This document shows positions 1 through 9,517 of a stretch of 64,000 nucleotides of DNA, piece after piece. The position numbers and the translations under genes are program-made. The stretch comes from Spirochaetia bacterium (lineage in GTDB: Bacteria; Spirochaetota; Spirochaetia; SZUA-6; Bin103). The stretch covers positions 800,001 to 864,000 of the forward strand of contig CBDATQ010000002.1 in assembly GCA_965199955.1 (NCBI GenBank), in the 5' to 3' direction. Within the stretch, counting starts at the first letter, position 1. Each line of letters begins with the position of its first letter. The notes under the pieces were generated by a model. It ran no database searches. It was given only the letters and a program-made list of their open reading frames with translations, and was not told the DNA's origin.

Positions 1-2
1 CG

Positions 3-986
3 GCCGACGGCCTGGCCGCCGCGCAGGGCAGGACCGCCGAGTTGCGCGCGCCGGGCGAGCGCCACCGGCTGCTGCACGACGTGGCCAACCTCGACCAGGT
101 GCAGACCGACGACGGCCTCTGGGACTGCTCGCCGGACCCCTCCGGGCTCGACTTCTTCCTGTACGACCTGTCCTGGTTCAGCTTCTGCCGCGGCGACATC
201 GACCCGCGTGCGATCCACGCGGAGACCGGCATCGAGGTCACCGATCTGCCATCGCTCAGGCGTGCCATGGAGGCGATCTTCGCGAAGCACGCGCCGTGCG
301 CGATCGCGGTCAAGGCCCAGCACGCGTACGCGCGCACGCTGCGCTGGATCGAGCGCAGCGACGCGGACGCGGCCACTGCCCTGGACGCGGTGCTCCGCCG
401 TCCCAAGGAACAGGTCGACCTGGACACGTGGCTCTGCCTTGGCGACTGGTGCTGGGCGCGCGGCGTCGAGCTCACGATCGAGCACGACCTGCCGTTCAAG
501 ATCCACACCGGCTACTACGCCGGCAACGACCGGATGCCGGTGGAGTTCATTCCCGCCGGCAACATGTGCGCGCTGTTCGCCCGCTACCTGGATGCGAAGT
601 TCGTGCTCATGCACATCGCCTATCCCTACTGTGACGAGCTGGTGGCGCTGGCCAAGCACTACCGCAACATCTGGGTCGATCTCTGCTGGGCGTGGAGCAT
701 CGATCCGTACAGCTCGCGCGAGTTCGTGCGCCGTTTTATCCATGCGGCGCCGATCAACAAGCTGTTCGCCTTCGGCGGCGACACCGGCTGGCCGACCAGC
801 GCGATGGCCTATGCCATGCAGGCGCGCCGGGGGATCCACGCCGCGCTGGAGGCCGAGGTCGCCGACGGCGACCTGACCGAGAAGCAGGCGATGCAGGTCG
901 CCTCCCGCATCATGCGCGACAACCAGTATGACTGCTTCGACATGGAAGGGACCCGCGCCAACATCCGCCGTGCGGCCGCGGCGTAA
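3..986 (+). CDS. Amidohydrolase-superfamily metalloenzyme, 5'-partial
   Basis: Frame is open back to the window edge. Motifs FKIHTGY, FVLMHIAYPY, WVDLCWAW and FAFGGDT are typical of amidohydrolase_2 / uronate-isomerase-like proteins. Confidence 0.8.
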   Translation, partial: ADGLAAAQGRTAELRAPGERHRLLHDVANLDQVQTDDGLWDCSPDPSGLDFFLYDLSWFSFCRGDIDPRAIHAETGIEVTDLPSLRRAMEAIFAKHAPCAIAVKAQHAYARTLRWIERSDADAATALDAVLRRPKEQVDLDTWLCLGDWCWARGVELTIEHDLPFKIHTGYYAGNDRMPVEFIPAGNMCALFARYLDAKFVLMHIAYPYCDELVALAKHYRNIWVDLCWAWSIDPYSSREFVRRFIHAAPINKLFAFGGDTGWPTSAMAYAMQARRGIHAALEAEVADGDLTEKQAMQVASRIMRDNQYDCFDMEGTRANIRRAAAA

Positions 987-990
987 CAGA

Positions 991-2205
991 ATGCGTATCG
1001 CCGACGTCGTCACCTACGCCGTGCAGCCGGCCGGCATGCCGCTGATCGTCGCTAAGGTCGTCACCGATCAGCCGGGCCTGCACGGCTGGGGCTGCGGCAC
1101 CTTCACGCAGCGGTTCCGGGCGGTGGAGGCCGCGATCGATCGCCACGTGAAGCCGTTCGCGATCGGCCGCGACGCGGCGGCCATCGCCGACTTCTGGCAC
1201 AGCGCTATGCACGACAGCTACTGGCGCAACGGCCCGGTGCTGAACAACGCGGTGAGCGCCGTGGAGATGGCGCTCTGGGACATCAAGGGCAAAGCCGCCG
1301 GGCTGCCGTGCTACCAGCTCTGGGGTGGCCGCAGCCGCGGCACCGCGGCCGTGTACGTGCACGCCGACGGGCGCGAGCCGCCGGAGGTGCTGGACCGGGC
1401 GCTTGGGTTCCGGGAGCAGGGCTTCCGCCACATCCGCTGCCAGATCGGCGGCTACGAGGGAGTCGGCGCCGGCCGGGTCGGGGCCGCGGCCGGCAGCCTG
1501 GCGGACGCCGGCGGCAGCGGCTCGGCGTTCTTCGATCCCGGCGAGAAGCTGCTCCGGGTGCCGGAGATGTTCGAGCACCTCCGTGCCGGGCTGCCGCCCG
1601 AGGCGGAGCTGCTGCACGACATCCACGAGCGGCTGGCGCCGATTGACGCCGTGCGCTTGGCCAAGGCGCTGGAGCCGTACCGGCTGTTCTTTCTGGAGGA
1701 CCCGCTGGCGCCGGAGGACCTCGCCTACTTCCGCATGATCCGAGGGCAGTGCGCGGTGCCGCTGGCGATGGGCGAGCTGTTCGTCCATCCGCTGGAAGTC
1801 GAGCCGCTGGTCAGCGAGCGGCTGATCGACTTCGTGCGCGTGCACGTCTCCACCTACGGCGGCATCACCGCGGCGCTGCGGCTGGCGCACCTGTGCGCGG
1901 CCTTTGGCGTGCGCACCGCCTGGCACGGACCGAACGACGTGTCGCCCATCGGCATGGCCGCGAACGTGCACCTGGACCTGCACGTCCCGAACTTCGGCAT
2001 CCAGGAGTGGGCGTTCCGTGCCCCGGCCGAGGAGGACCTGTTTCCCGGCATCCCGGAAGTCTCCGACGGCGCCGTGAACGTGAACGAGCGGCCCGGGTGG
2101 GGGATCGAGATGGACGAGCGGCTGGCCGCCCGCTTCCCGTGCGACGACCGAGCCAGCCTGCGGCCCGTCCCCCGTCTGGCCGACGGCACCAGCCGGCCGT
2201 TCTGA
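991..2205 (+). CDS. Enolase-superfamily acid-sugar dehydratase (mannonate/gluconate dehydratase, RspA/ManD subgroup)
   Basis: YWRNGPVLNNAVSAVEMALWDIKGK, LLHDIHERL, FFLEDP, MGELF, TAWHGP and GIQEW. ATG lies 4 nt after the upstream stop. Confidence 0.85.
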   Translation: MRIADVVTYAVQPAGMPLIVAKVVTDQPGLHGWGCGTFTQRFRAVEAAIDRHVKPFAIGRDAAAIADFWHSAMHDSYWRNGPVLNNAVSAVEMALWDIKGKAAGLPCYQLWGGRSRGTAAVYVHADGREPPEVLDRALGFREQGFRHIRCQIGGYEGVGAGRVGAAAGSLADAGGSGSAFFDPGEKLLRVPEMFEHLRAGLPPEAELLHDIHERLAPIDAVRLAKALEPYRLFFLEDPLAPEDLAYFRMIRGQCAVPLAMGELFVHPLEVEPLVSERLIDFVRVHVSTYGGITAALRLAHLCAAFGVRTAWHGPNDVSPIGMAANVHLDLHVPNFGIQEWAFRAPAEEDLFPGIPEVSDGAVNVNERPGWGIEMDERLAARFPCDDRASLRPVPRLADGTSRPF

Positions 2206-2379
2206 GCCCTCAAGGGGTTCCGTCGTCAGGTCACGTTCCCACAGGTAGTCGGTCGGCCTCAGGATTATCATGCCCGCAACCCTGCGTCCGTAGTACGCGC
2301 CTTCGATTCCATACCGTCGGCGGAGTTGTGCCGGGATCACGACCGTCCCGCGCTTCCCCACCTTGCATGTGTCAGCCAT
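2200..2379 (-). pseudogene. Eroded AbrB/MazE/SpoVT-type antitoxin fragment
   Basis: MADTCKVGKRGTVVIPAQLRRRYGIEG matches the AbrB swapped-hairpin N-terminus. The frame has no nearby stop and runs antisense into the dehydratase gene. Confidence 0.6.
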
Positions 2380-2432
2380 CGAACCGTCTGATATTTCAGA
2401 CAATCAGAATATTTGCAGCGCCGCCACTGGTG

Positions 2433-3749
2433 TCAAGTGGCTTCGCTCGGCGGGTTCCACTCGACGGACGGGTCGTAGTCGGGATCGGGCGGTTCCTGCG
2501 GGGGGCGCTCGTCCTCGGGCACATGGCGGAGATTGACGCGGATGCGGGTCCAGATCGAGTGCCGGCCGCGCATCGCGTCGACCAGGACGTCGTCGGGTTG
2601 GAGGCAGGCGGCCGCCTCGGGGTGGCGCGCGCGCCAGCGGTCCAGGCCGGCCCGAGCCTCCGCTTCCGTCTTTGCCTGGGAGATCACGATCAGCGGCATG
2701 GCCGAGCGGCGCCGGCCGGTGGGCGAGGGGCCGCTGCGCCGCCGTGACGGGTTCACGCGCCACGGCTCGCCCCGCTGCCGGGCGAAGTGCGGGGGCCACG
2801 GCGCGTCGCCGCCCAGCCCGTCCGCCTCGTGGCGCGCGGAGACCTCCAGCAGCGACTCCAGCGATCCCGGGTGGGCGTCCATGCCGGCGGCGGGGTCGCC
2901 GGCCTCGCGCAGCCGCGCCGGCATGGTGCGCAGCGTGAAGTCGGCCGGGTCGCAGGCCGGCACCTCGTCCCAGGTGAGCGGGGCGGACACCATCGCCCGC
3001 TGGTTGGGCCGCACGGAGTAGGCGGCGGCGATGGTGCGGTCCTTGGCGTTCTGGTTGTAGTCCAGGAATACGCCGACCCGTTCCTCCTTCCACCAGTTGC
3101 TGGTGGCCAGGCCCGGGGCGCGCCGCTCCACCTCGCGGGAGACGGCGAGCGCCGCCCGGCGCATCTCCGTGAAGCCCCAGCGGGGATGGATCCGGGCGTA
3201 GATGTGCATGCCGCGCGACCCTGAGGTCTTCGGCCATCCGACCAGGCGATTCTCTTCCAGCACCTCGTGCGTGACGGCGGCGACCCGCCGCACGTCTTCC
3301 CAAGGCACGCCCGGGCAGGGGTCCAGGTCGATGCGCAGCTCGTCCGGGTGCTCCATGGCCGTGGTGCGCACGGCGTGCGGGTTCAGGTCGATGTTGCCCA
3401 GGTTGGTCATCCAGGCAAGCTGCGCAGGCTCGGTGACCACCAGCTCGTGCGCGGTACGCCCGGACGGGAAGCGCAGCTCCACGGTCGGCACCCAGTCCGG
3501 GCGCTTGGCCGGCGCGCGCTTCTGGAAGAAGCCTTCGCCGGTGATGCCGTCCACGTAGCGCTTGAGGACGATGGGCCGGTCGTAGACGGCACGCACGGCG
3601 CCCTCGGCTACCGCCAGGTAATAGCGGACCAGCTCCAGCTTGGTGATGCCGGCTTCGGGGAAGTAGACCTTGTCCGGGTTGGAGACGCGCACCTCGCGTC
3701 CGTCGACGTCGAGCGTCTCGGCCGGTGCCCTGCTCGCCACGGCGGACAC
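2433..3749 (-). CDS. Stand-alone LigD polymerase-domain (AEP primase-polymerase) protein with C-terminal extension
   Basis: SNPDKVYFP, FFQKRAP, DELRIDLDP (DxD), KTSGSRGMHIY (SxH), FLDYNQN and AYSVRP. No ligase or phosphoesterase domain. Confidence 0.9.
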   Translation of the reverse strand: MSAVASRAPAETLDVDGREVRVSNPDKVYFPEAGITKLELVRYYLAVAEGAVRAVYDRPIVLKRYVDGITGEGFFQKRAPAKRPDWVPTVELRFPSGRTAHELVVTEPAQLAWMTNLGNIDLNPHAVRTTAMEHPDELRIDLDPCPGVPWEDVRRVAAVTHEVLEENRLVGWPKTSGSRGMHIYARIHPRWGFTEMRRAALAVSREVERRAPGLATSNWWKEERVGVFLDYNQNAKDRTIAAAYSVRPNQRAMVSAPLTWDEVPACDPADFTLRTMPARLREAGDPAAGMDAHPGSLESLLEVSARHEADGLGGDAPWPPHFARQRGEPWRVNPSRRRSGPSPTGRRRSAMPLIVISQAKTEAEARAGLDRWRARHPEAAACLQPDDVLVDAMRGRHSIWTRIRVNLRHVPEDERPPQEPPDPDYDPSVEWNPPSEAT

Positions 3750-3799
3750 TATCGCCCAAAACGCATCGCCTGTGGGCTCCGCTTTGGTAGGCTGTGCGC

Positions 3800-5524
3800 G
3801 TGCCGGAGCTGCAGGGGCGGGTTTCCGCGGACGCGATACTTGAGGCGCTGGACGAGTTGCGCACGCTGACCGTGCTCGACGACGGCGCCCAGTCGTTCCG
3901 GGCGCGCGCCTACGGGAGGGCGCTCGCCGTCCTGCGCGACGAGGTGGGCGAGGCCCTTCCGGCCATGACCGAGGCGGAGCTGGTGGCGCTGCCGGGCGTG
4001 GGCGCGACGATCGCGCGCAAGATCCGCGAGTACGTCGCCACCGGCACGATGGCCAAGCTGGAGCGGTTGCGGGAGCGCTATCCGCCCGAGTGTCAGCGGC
4101 TGGTGAGCATGCCGGGCGTCGGCCCGAAGACGCTGGCCCGCCTGCGTCGCGAGCTGGGCATCGACTCCCTCGACCTGCTGCAGCACGCTCTGGCGAGCGG
4201 CGCGGTGGACGCGCTGCCGGGGCTGGGCAAGGGCGCCAAGGCGGCGCTGGCGCGGGGCGAGCGGTTCCTGGTGGAGACGGGGCGCGACGCGTGGCCGATC
4301 GCGCGGGTCATGCTGGTTGCCGAGCGCATCGCTGCCGAGCTGGCTCAGGTCGCCGGAGTGGATCGGGTGCAGGTGTCGGGGGAGCTCCGCCGCCTGCTGC
4401 CGATGGTGCGCGAGGCTCGGCTGGTGGCCGCCGCTGCCGATCCGACGCCCGTGCTGCGCCGTTTCGCTGCGCTGCCGAATGCTCGCACTACCGAGGCCGA
4501 TCCCCGAAGCGCCACGATCGTCACCCACCGGGGCGTGCCGGTGCGGCTGGACATCGTCCCGCCGGACGGGTTTGCGGCCGCGCTGGTCTTGATCACGGGA
4601 TCGCCGCGGCACCTGGAAGAGCTTGGCGCCCGCGCCGCCGAGCGCGGGCTGCGCCTGGACCGTGAAGGCTTCACGGGCGAGGACGAGGCGGAGCTGTACG
4701 AACAACTGGGGCTGCCGCTGATCCCGCCGCCAGCGCGGGAGGGTACGGGCGAGGTCGCCGCCGCCGCGGCCGGACGCCTGCCGCCGCCGGTGACGCAGGC
4801 GGACATCAGGGGGGACCTCCACCTGCACACCGATCTTTCGGGCGACGGCGTGTCGACCCTCTCCGAGGTTGTCGCCGCGGCGCGGGCCCGCGGCTACGCG
4901 TACATGGCGGTCACCGACCATGCCGAGGCGATCGGCCGCAACGGCGCGAGCCGAGAGGGCCTGCTGGATCAGCGCCGCCGGCTCGCCCGCGAGCAGGAGC
5001 GGCACCCCGACATCCGGCTCCTGCACGGGGTGGAGCTCAACATCGCCGCTGACGGCAGCATGGACTACGACGCCGCGTTCCGAGGCGGCTTCGACTGGTG
5101 CGTCGCTTCCGTTCACTCCGGGTTCGAGCTGGACCGGGAGCGCCAGACCGAGCGCATCATCGCCGCGATGCGGGATCCTGCCGTGAATGTGATCGGCCAC
5201 CTCACCGGGCGCATGATAGGCAAGCGGCCGGCCGTCGAGCTGGACTTCGAGCGAATCGTCGACGCCGCCGTCGCCACCGGCACGGCGATCGAGATCAACA
5301 GCGGTCTGCCGCGCCTCGATCCAGACGCGGCGCTGTTGCGGCAGGCGGCGCGGGCGGGCGTCACCTTCGTGATGAACACGGACGCCCACCACGTGCGGGA
5401 GTTCGACCGCATGCGCTGGGGGGTACAGCTCGCGCAGGGGGGCTGGGTTCCGGCAGAGGCGATCGTCAACACCTGGCTGGCGGAGCGCTTCCTGTCCTGG
5501 GTGCGCGACGCCCGCGCGGGCTGA
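3800..5524 (+). CDS. polX: DNA polymerase X-PHP family protein with non-canonical polymerase site
   Basis: HhH motifs LPGVG/MPGVGPKT/LPGLG and ITGS. Complete PHP motifs DLHLHT, TDHA, GVELNI, ASVHS, GHLTGR, EINS and NTDAHH. The canonical GSxRR...GDxD reads GELRR...VREAR. Start chosen 6 nt after TAGGCT (ORF track starts at 3794). Confidence 0.88.
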   Translation: MPELQGRVSADAILEALDELRTLTVLDDGAQSFRARAYGRALAVLRDEVGEALPAMTEAELVALPGVGATIARKIREYVATGTMAKLERLRERYPPECQRLVSMPGVGPKTLARLRRELGIDSLDLLQHALASGAVDALPGLGKGAKAALARGERFLVETGRDAWPIARVMLVAERIAAELAQVAGVDRVQVSGELRRLLPMVREARLVAAAADPTPVLRRFAALPNARTTEADPRSATIVTHRGVPVRLDIVPPDGFAAALVLITGSPRHLEELGARAAERGLRLDREGFTGEDEAELYEQLGLPLIPPPAREGTGEVAAAAAGRLPPPVTQADIRGDLHLHTDLSGDGVSTLSEVVAAARARGYAYMAVTDHAEAIGRNGASREGLLDQRRRLAREQERHPDIRLLHGVELNIAADGSMDYDAAFRGGFDWCVASVHSGFELDRERQTERIIAAMRDPAVNVIGHLTGRMIGKRPAVELDFERIVDAAVATGTAIEINSGLPRLDPDAALLRQAARAGVTFVMNTDAHHVREFDRMRWGVQLAQGGWVPAEAIVNTWLAERFLSWVRDARAG

Positions 5525-5532
5525 CCGAGACC

Positions 5533-6885
5533 ATGCGGGACAGATTCAGCCGCGGCGAGCGCAGTTGGGTTCTGTACGACGTGGCCAACTCCGCCTACTC
5601 GCTGGCGGTCACCACCGCGGTGTTCCCGCTGTTTTTCAAGACCGAGATCGCCGCCGGGGTGCCGGGCGCCACTTCCACGGCGTGGTTGGCGTTCGCCAAC
5701 AGCCTGTTCACGCTGGTGGTGGCCGTGCTGGCGACGGGACTCGGCCCCATGGGCGACTACGAGGGACGCAAGAAGCGGTTCTTCGCATCGTTCTTCGTGC
5801 TGGGGGTGACCGCCACCGGCGCGATCGCCTTCGCCGTCACCGGCCGGCCGCTGGCCGCCTTGGCGCTGTACGTTGTGTCCGGCATCGGCTTCGCGGGCGC
5901 CAACGTCTTCTACGACGCGTTCCTGACCGACGTGAGCCCGCCGGAGCGCATGGACCGGGTGTCCTCCGCCGGCTTCGCCTGGGGGTACGTGGGCGGCTCG
6001 CTGCCGTTCGTCGTGGCCATGGCGGTGATGATGGGCCTGCCGCAGCTCGGGTTGAGCATCGACGGATGGGGAGTACGGATCGCGTTCCTGATCGCGGCGC
6101 TGTGGTGGCTGGCGTTCACGGTGCCGATGCTCCGGCACGTGCGGCAGGTCCACTTCCTGCCCGCAGCCGGGCGCGGCGTCATCGACGCATTCCGCGACGG
6201 GATCGGTCGAGTGGCGAACGTGGTGCGGGAGATCCGCCGCTACCGCACGGTGATGCTGTTCCTGCTGGCCTACTTCTTCTACATCGATGGCGTCGGCACC
6301 GTCATCAAGCTGGCGACCGCCTACGGCACGGACATCGGGATGTCGGCGCAGACGGTGCTGGTGGTGCTGCTGGTCGTCCAGTTCGTGGCATTCCCGTGCA
6401 CGCTGCTGTTCGGCAGGCTCGCCGCGCTCACCTCGCCGCGGACCATGCTGCTGGCCGGCATCGGGGTCTACATCGTGGTGACCGCGCTGGCGTTCGCGAT
6501 CCCGCGACTTCCCGTGCCCGCGCAGGTGCCGACCTTCTGGGCGATCGCGCTGCTGGTGGGCACCTCGCAGGGCGGCATCCAGGCGCTGTCGCGCTCCTAT
6601 TTTGCGCGGCTGATCCCCGCCGACTCGGCGGCCGAGTTCTTCGGCTTCTACAACATCTTCGGGAAGTTCGCGGCGATCCTGGGACCGCTGCTGGTCGGCG
6701 TGTTCGCGCAGCTCACCGGCGATACCAGCACCGGCGTGCTCAGCCTGGTGGTGCTGTTCGCGATCGGCGGCGTGCTGCTGCTGCGCGTGCCGGCGGTCCC
6801 GGAAAACGCCCGGGTGGATCGCTCCGGTCAGGCAGCCACAGAGCCGCGGTCGCGACAAGCCGCTCGCCGTCCATGGCGCATATGA
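5533..6885 (+). CDS. MFS transporter (UMF1/Atg22-like)
   Basis: WVLYDVANSAY, ANVFYDAFL, GGIQALSRSYFARLIP and EFFGFY; about 12 hydrophobic segments. Confidence 0.88.
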   Translation: MRDRFSRGERSWVLYDVANSAYSLAVTTAVFPLFFKTEIAAGVPGATSTAWLAFANSLFTLVVAVLATGLGPMGDYEGRKKRFFASFFVLGVTATGAIAFAVTGRPLAALALYVVSGIGFAGANVFYDAFLTDVSPPERMDRVSSAGFAWGYVGGSLPFVVAMAVMMGLPQLGLSIDGWGVRIAFLIAALWWLAFTVPMLRHVRQVHFLPAAGRGVIDAFRDGIGRVANVVREIRRYRTVMLFLLAYFFYIDGVGTVIKLATAYGTDIGMSAQTVLVVLLVVQFVAFPCTLLFGRLAALTSPRTMLLAGIGVYIVVTALAFAIPRLPVPAQVPTFWAIALLVGTSQGGIQALSRSYFARLIPADSAAEFFGFYNIFGKFAAILGPLLVGVFAQLTGDTSTGVLSLVVLFAIGGVLLLRVPAVPENARVDRSGQAATEPRSRQAARRPWRI

Positions 6886-7067
6886 TCTCCGTCGCGCCGG
6901 GCTGAGGCTCCTCGCGGAAGTAGGGCCCGTACTGCAAGGGGGTCGCGAAGCACCGAAGCCAACTGGTGCTCGGTGAGCTCCCAACCGGGCGTCAGCAGAC
7001 CGAGATGGCGGTCCGCCAGCCTTGCGAGATCAGGCAGCAGATTGTCCCGATACTCAACGGTATGCAT
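6810..7067 (-). pseudogene. Frameshifted, truncated gene remnant (possibly a GNAT acetyltransferase N-terminus)
   Basis: GGAGGAG RBS before ATG 7067. MHTVEYRDNLLPDLARL...RDP continues in another frame as LQYGPYFREE...ICAMDGERLVATAALWLP across a C5 run at 6938-6942. Confidence 0.4.
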
Positions 7068-7158
7068 GGCTCCTCCAGCCGCCGCACCTTGCGGCCAGCG
7101 GTAACGGGCGGCGATCGCCGGTTGACATTCCTGGCCCTGCCAAGAGAATAGGGGGTCC

Positions 7159-7344
7159 GTGTCCTCCGTCAAGGAAGCAGCCCAGGCGGTCATCGAACGA
7201 CTTCGTGACGATGCTACGTGGGACGATCTGATGTACGAGCTCTACGTGAAGCAGAAGATCGAGCAGGGCATCGCCGACGTCGAGGCTCAACGCATAGTGC
7301 CGCACGAGCGCGTAAAGGCCGAGCTGCTTGAAGGTGAGAGTTAG
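7159..7344 (+). CDS. Small type II antitoxin (partner of a ParE/RelE toxin)
   Basis: 61 aa, DDATWDDLMYELYVKQKIEQGIADVEAQRIVPHE; overlaps the toxin start. Confidence 0.8.
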   Translation: MSSVKEAAQAVIERLRDDATWDDLMYELYVKQKIEQGIADVEAQRIVPHERVKAELLEGES

Positions 7345-7642
7345 CTGGTCGCATAGCGCACGAGACGACCTCCGCGACATTCGAGACCACATCGCGCGGG
7401 ACTCGCGTTTCTACTCCCGAAGATTCGTTCACAGGATCGTCGAAGCCACCGAGAGGTTGGCTTCGCATCCGCACATTGGACGTCAGGTGCCGGAAGCTCA
7501 GCGCACCGACGTACGGGAACTGTTGTTTCAAAGTTTTCGCATCATGTACTTGGTCGGTCCTGACCACCTGTACATCCTGGCGGTCATCCATGGGAGTCGG
7601 GACCTCGCCGGACGGACGCCGATGCCCTGGGAAGTGGTTTGA
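7328..7642 (+). CDS. RelE/ParE-family toxin
   Basis: VSWSHSARDDLRDIRDHIARDS...HPHIGRQVPE...FRIMY...[11 protein letters not shown]. Alternative GTG start at 7334. Confidence 0.88.
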   Translation: MKVRVSWSHSARDDLRDIRDHIARDSRFYSRRFVHRIVEATERLASHPHIGRQVPEAQRTDVRELLFQSFRIMYLVGPDHLYILAVIHGSRDLAGRTPMPWEVV

Positions 7643-8015
7643 TACCCGGCTTGAAGTGCCAGTCGAACGAACCGCCGTTCGCTTGGGCGTGGCGGGCGCA
7701 GCGATCGCAGTCCGCCGCAAGCGCGCGGGTGTCGATCCCGCGGCAACGCTCGGGCGCTCCTGCCAGGTTGACGCGCGCCTTGCCGAGGTTCTTCCGCACA
7801 CCCACCATGTTGCCCTGCTCCGCCTTCACCATCGCCGCCGCCACCTGGATGACCGCCCGCAGGAACGCCCCCTCGCTTGAGCCCTTCCGGCGTAGCCAGA
7901 GCGCCTCCCACGCCTCGTGCGCGTGCCAGTGGTCGCCGGCTGCGTAGAGCGTCAGGCCGCGCGCCCATGCGTCCGCGTCCGCGTTCGGTGCTTCGTCCGT
8001 GCCCGGATCGTTCAT
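7584..8015 (-). CDS. DUF309 domain protein
   Basis: [21 protein letters not shown]...[10 protein letters not shown] carries the DUF309 HExxExxW signature. Confidence 0.8.
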   Translation of the reverse strand: MNDPGTDEAPNADADAWARGLTLYAAGDHWHAHEAWEALWLRRKGSSEGAFLRAVIQVAAAMVKAEQGNMVGVRKNLGKARVNLAGAPERCRGIDTRALAADCDRCARHAQANGGSFDWHFKPGIKPLPRASASVRRGPDSHG

Positions 8016-8047
8016 CTGCCGGTGCCGGGCATGGTACCGTTCGCGGG

Positions 8048-9517
8048 ATGACAACGGCACTGAACCACGTCGGCGGCGGATGGCAGCGGTCCGGCGGTGG
8101 CGACTTCCTGGACGTCCACAACCCGGCCACGGCCGCGGCGATCGGCCGTGTCGTGCTGTCGTCCGGGGACGACCTGGACGCGGCGGTGGAGGCCGCCACG
8201 GCGGCCGCCCGCGAGTGGCGCAACACGCCGGTGGAGGACCGCATCCAGCCGCTGTTCCGGCTCAAGGCACTGATGGACGAGCGCACCGACGAGCTGGCGC
8301 GCATCATCACCGAGGAGAACGGCAAGACGCTGGCCGAGTCGGTGGGCGAGCTGAAGCGCGCGATCGAGAACGTGGAGGTGGCGTGCGGCACACCGACGCT
8401 CATGCAGGGCGACTTCCTGGAGGACGTGGCCTCAGGCATCGACGAGCTGATGGTCCGGCAGCCGGTCGGCGTGTGCGCGATCGTCTGCCCGTTCAACTTC
8501 CCGGCGATGATCCCGTTCTGGTTCTTCCCGTACGCGGTCGCATGCGGGAACACCTGCATCATCAAGCCGTCCGAGCGCACGCCGCTGACCATGCGCGCCA
8601 TGTTCGAGCTCCTGGAGGAGGCGGGGTTCCCGCCCGGCGTGGCCAACCTGGTCAACGGCGACCGCGGCGTCGTCGACGCGATCCTGGAGCATCCGGGGAT
8701 CAGGGCGGTGAGCTTCGTCGGCTCCACGCCGGTGGCCAGGCATGTGTACGCCACCGCGTCGGCCGCCGGCAAGCGGGTGCAGGCGCAGGGCGGCGCCAAG
8801 AATCCGATCGTGGTGCTGCCCGACGCCGACATCGACGCGACCTGCACGATCGCGGCGGACAGCGCCTTCGGCTGCGCCGGGCAGCGCTGCCTGGCCGCCT
8901 CGCTCGCGATCACGGTGGGCGATGCCGCCGACCCGTTCGCCGACGCGATGGGGCAGATCGCCAACACGAGGGTGGTCGGCAACGGCCTGGACGACGGTGT
9001 CGAGATGGGGCCGGTCATCACGCAGGAGAGCCGCAGCCGGATCGAGGGACTGATCGGCACTGCCGCCGGCGAGGGGGCGCGCGTCGTCGTCGACGGCCGC
9101 GGCCGCGCGGTCGACGGCCACGCCGGCGGATCGTTCGTGGGGCCGACCCTGCTGCGCGGCGTGCCGCCGGCCGGCACCGTGGCCGGAACGGAGATCTTCG
9201 GACCGGTGCTCGGCGTGATGGAGGTGGCCGACGTCGACGAGGCGATCCGCCTGGTGAACAGCGGCCGCTACGGCAACATGGCGTGCCTGTTCACCGGCAG
9301 CGGCGCCGCCGCCCGGCGCTTCCGCCACGAGGCGGACGTAGGCAACATCGGCATCAACCTGGGCGTTGCCGCGCCCATGGCGTTCTTCCCGTTCTCGGGT
9401 TGGCGCGACAGCTTCTTCGGCACCCTGCACGGCCAGGGCAAGCACGCCATCGAGTTCTTCACGCAGACCAAGGTGGTCGTCGAGCGCTGGCCGGAGGGCT
9501 GGTCACGGCGGTTCTGA
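8048..9517 (+). CDS. mmsA: CoA-acylating (methyl)malonate-semialdehyde dehydrogenase
   Basis: [43 protein letters not shown] (catalytic Cys), EIFGPV and [11 protein letters not shown]. Confidence 0.9.
   Translation: MTTALNHVGGGWQRSGGGDFLDVHNPATAAAIGRVVLSSGDDLDAAVEAATAAAREWRNTPVEDRIQPLFRLKALMDERTDELARIITEENGKTLAESVGELKRAIENVEVACGTPTLMQGDFLEDVASGIDELMVRQPVGVCAIVCPFNFPAMIPFWFFPYAVACGNTCIIKPSERTPLTMRAMFELLEEAGFPPGVANLVNGDRGVVDAILEHPGIRAVSFVGSTPVARHVYATASAAGKRVQAQGGAKNPIVVLPDADIDATCTIAADSAFGCAGQRCLAASLAITVGDAADPFADAMGQIANTRVVGNGLDDGVEMGPVITQESRSRIEGLIGTAAGEGARVVVDGRGRAVDGHAGGSFVGPTLLRGVPPAGTVAGTEIFGPVLGVMEVADVDEAIRLVNSGRYGNMACLFTGSGAAARRFRHEADVGNIGINLGVAAPMAFFPFSGWRDSFFGTLHGQGKHAIEFFTQTKVVVERWPEGWSRRF

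Noticed and set aside
2433..3749. Complete NHEJ ligD/ku locus, or a phage/plasmid primase
   Set aside because: There is no ligase, phosphoesterase, Ku, helicase or integrase gene in the window.
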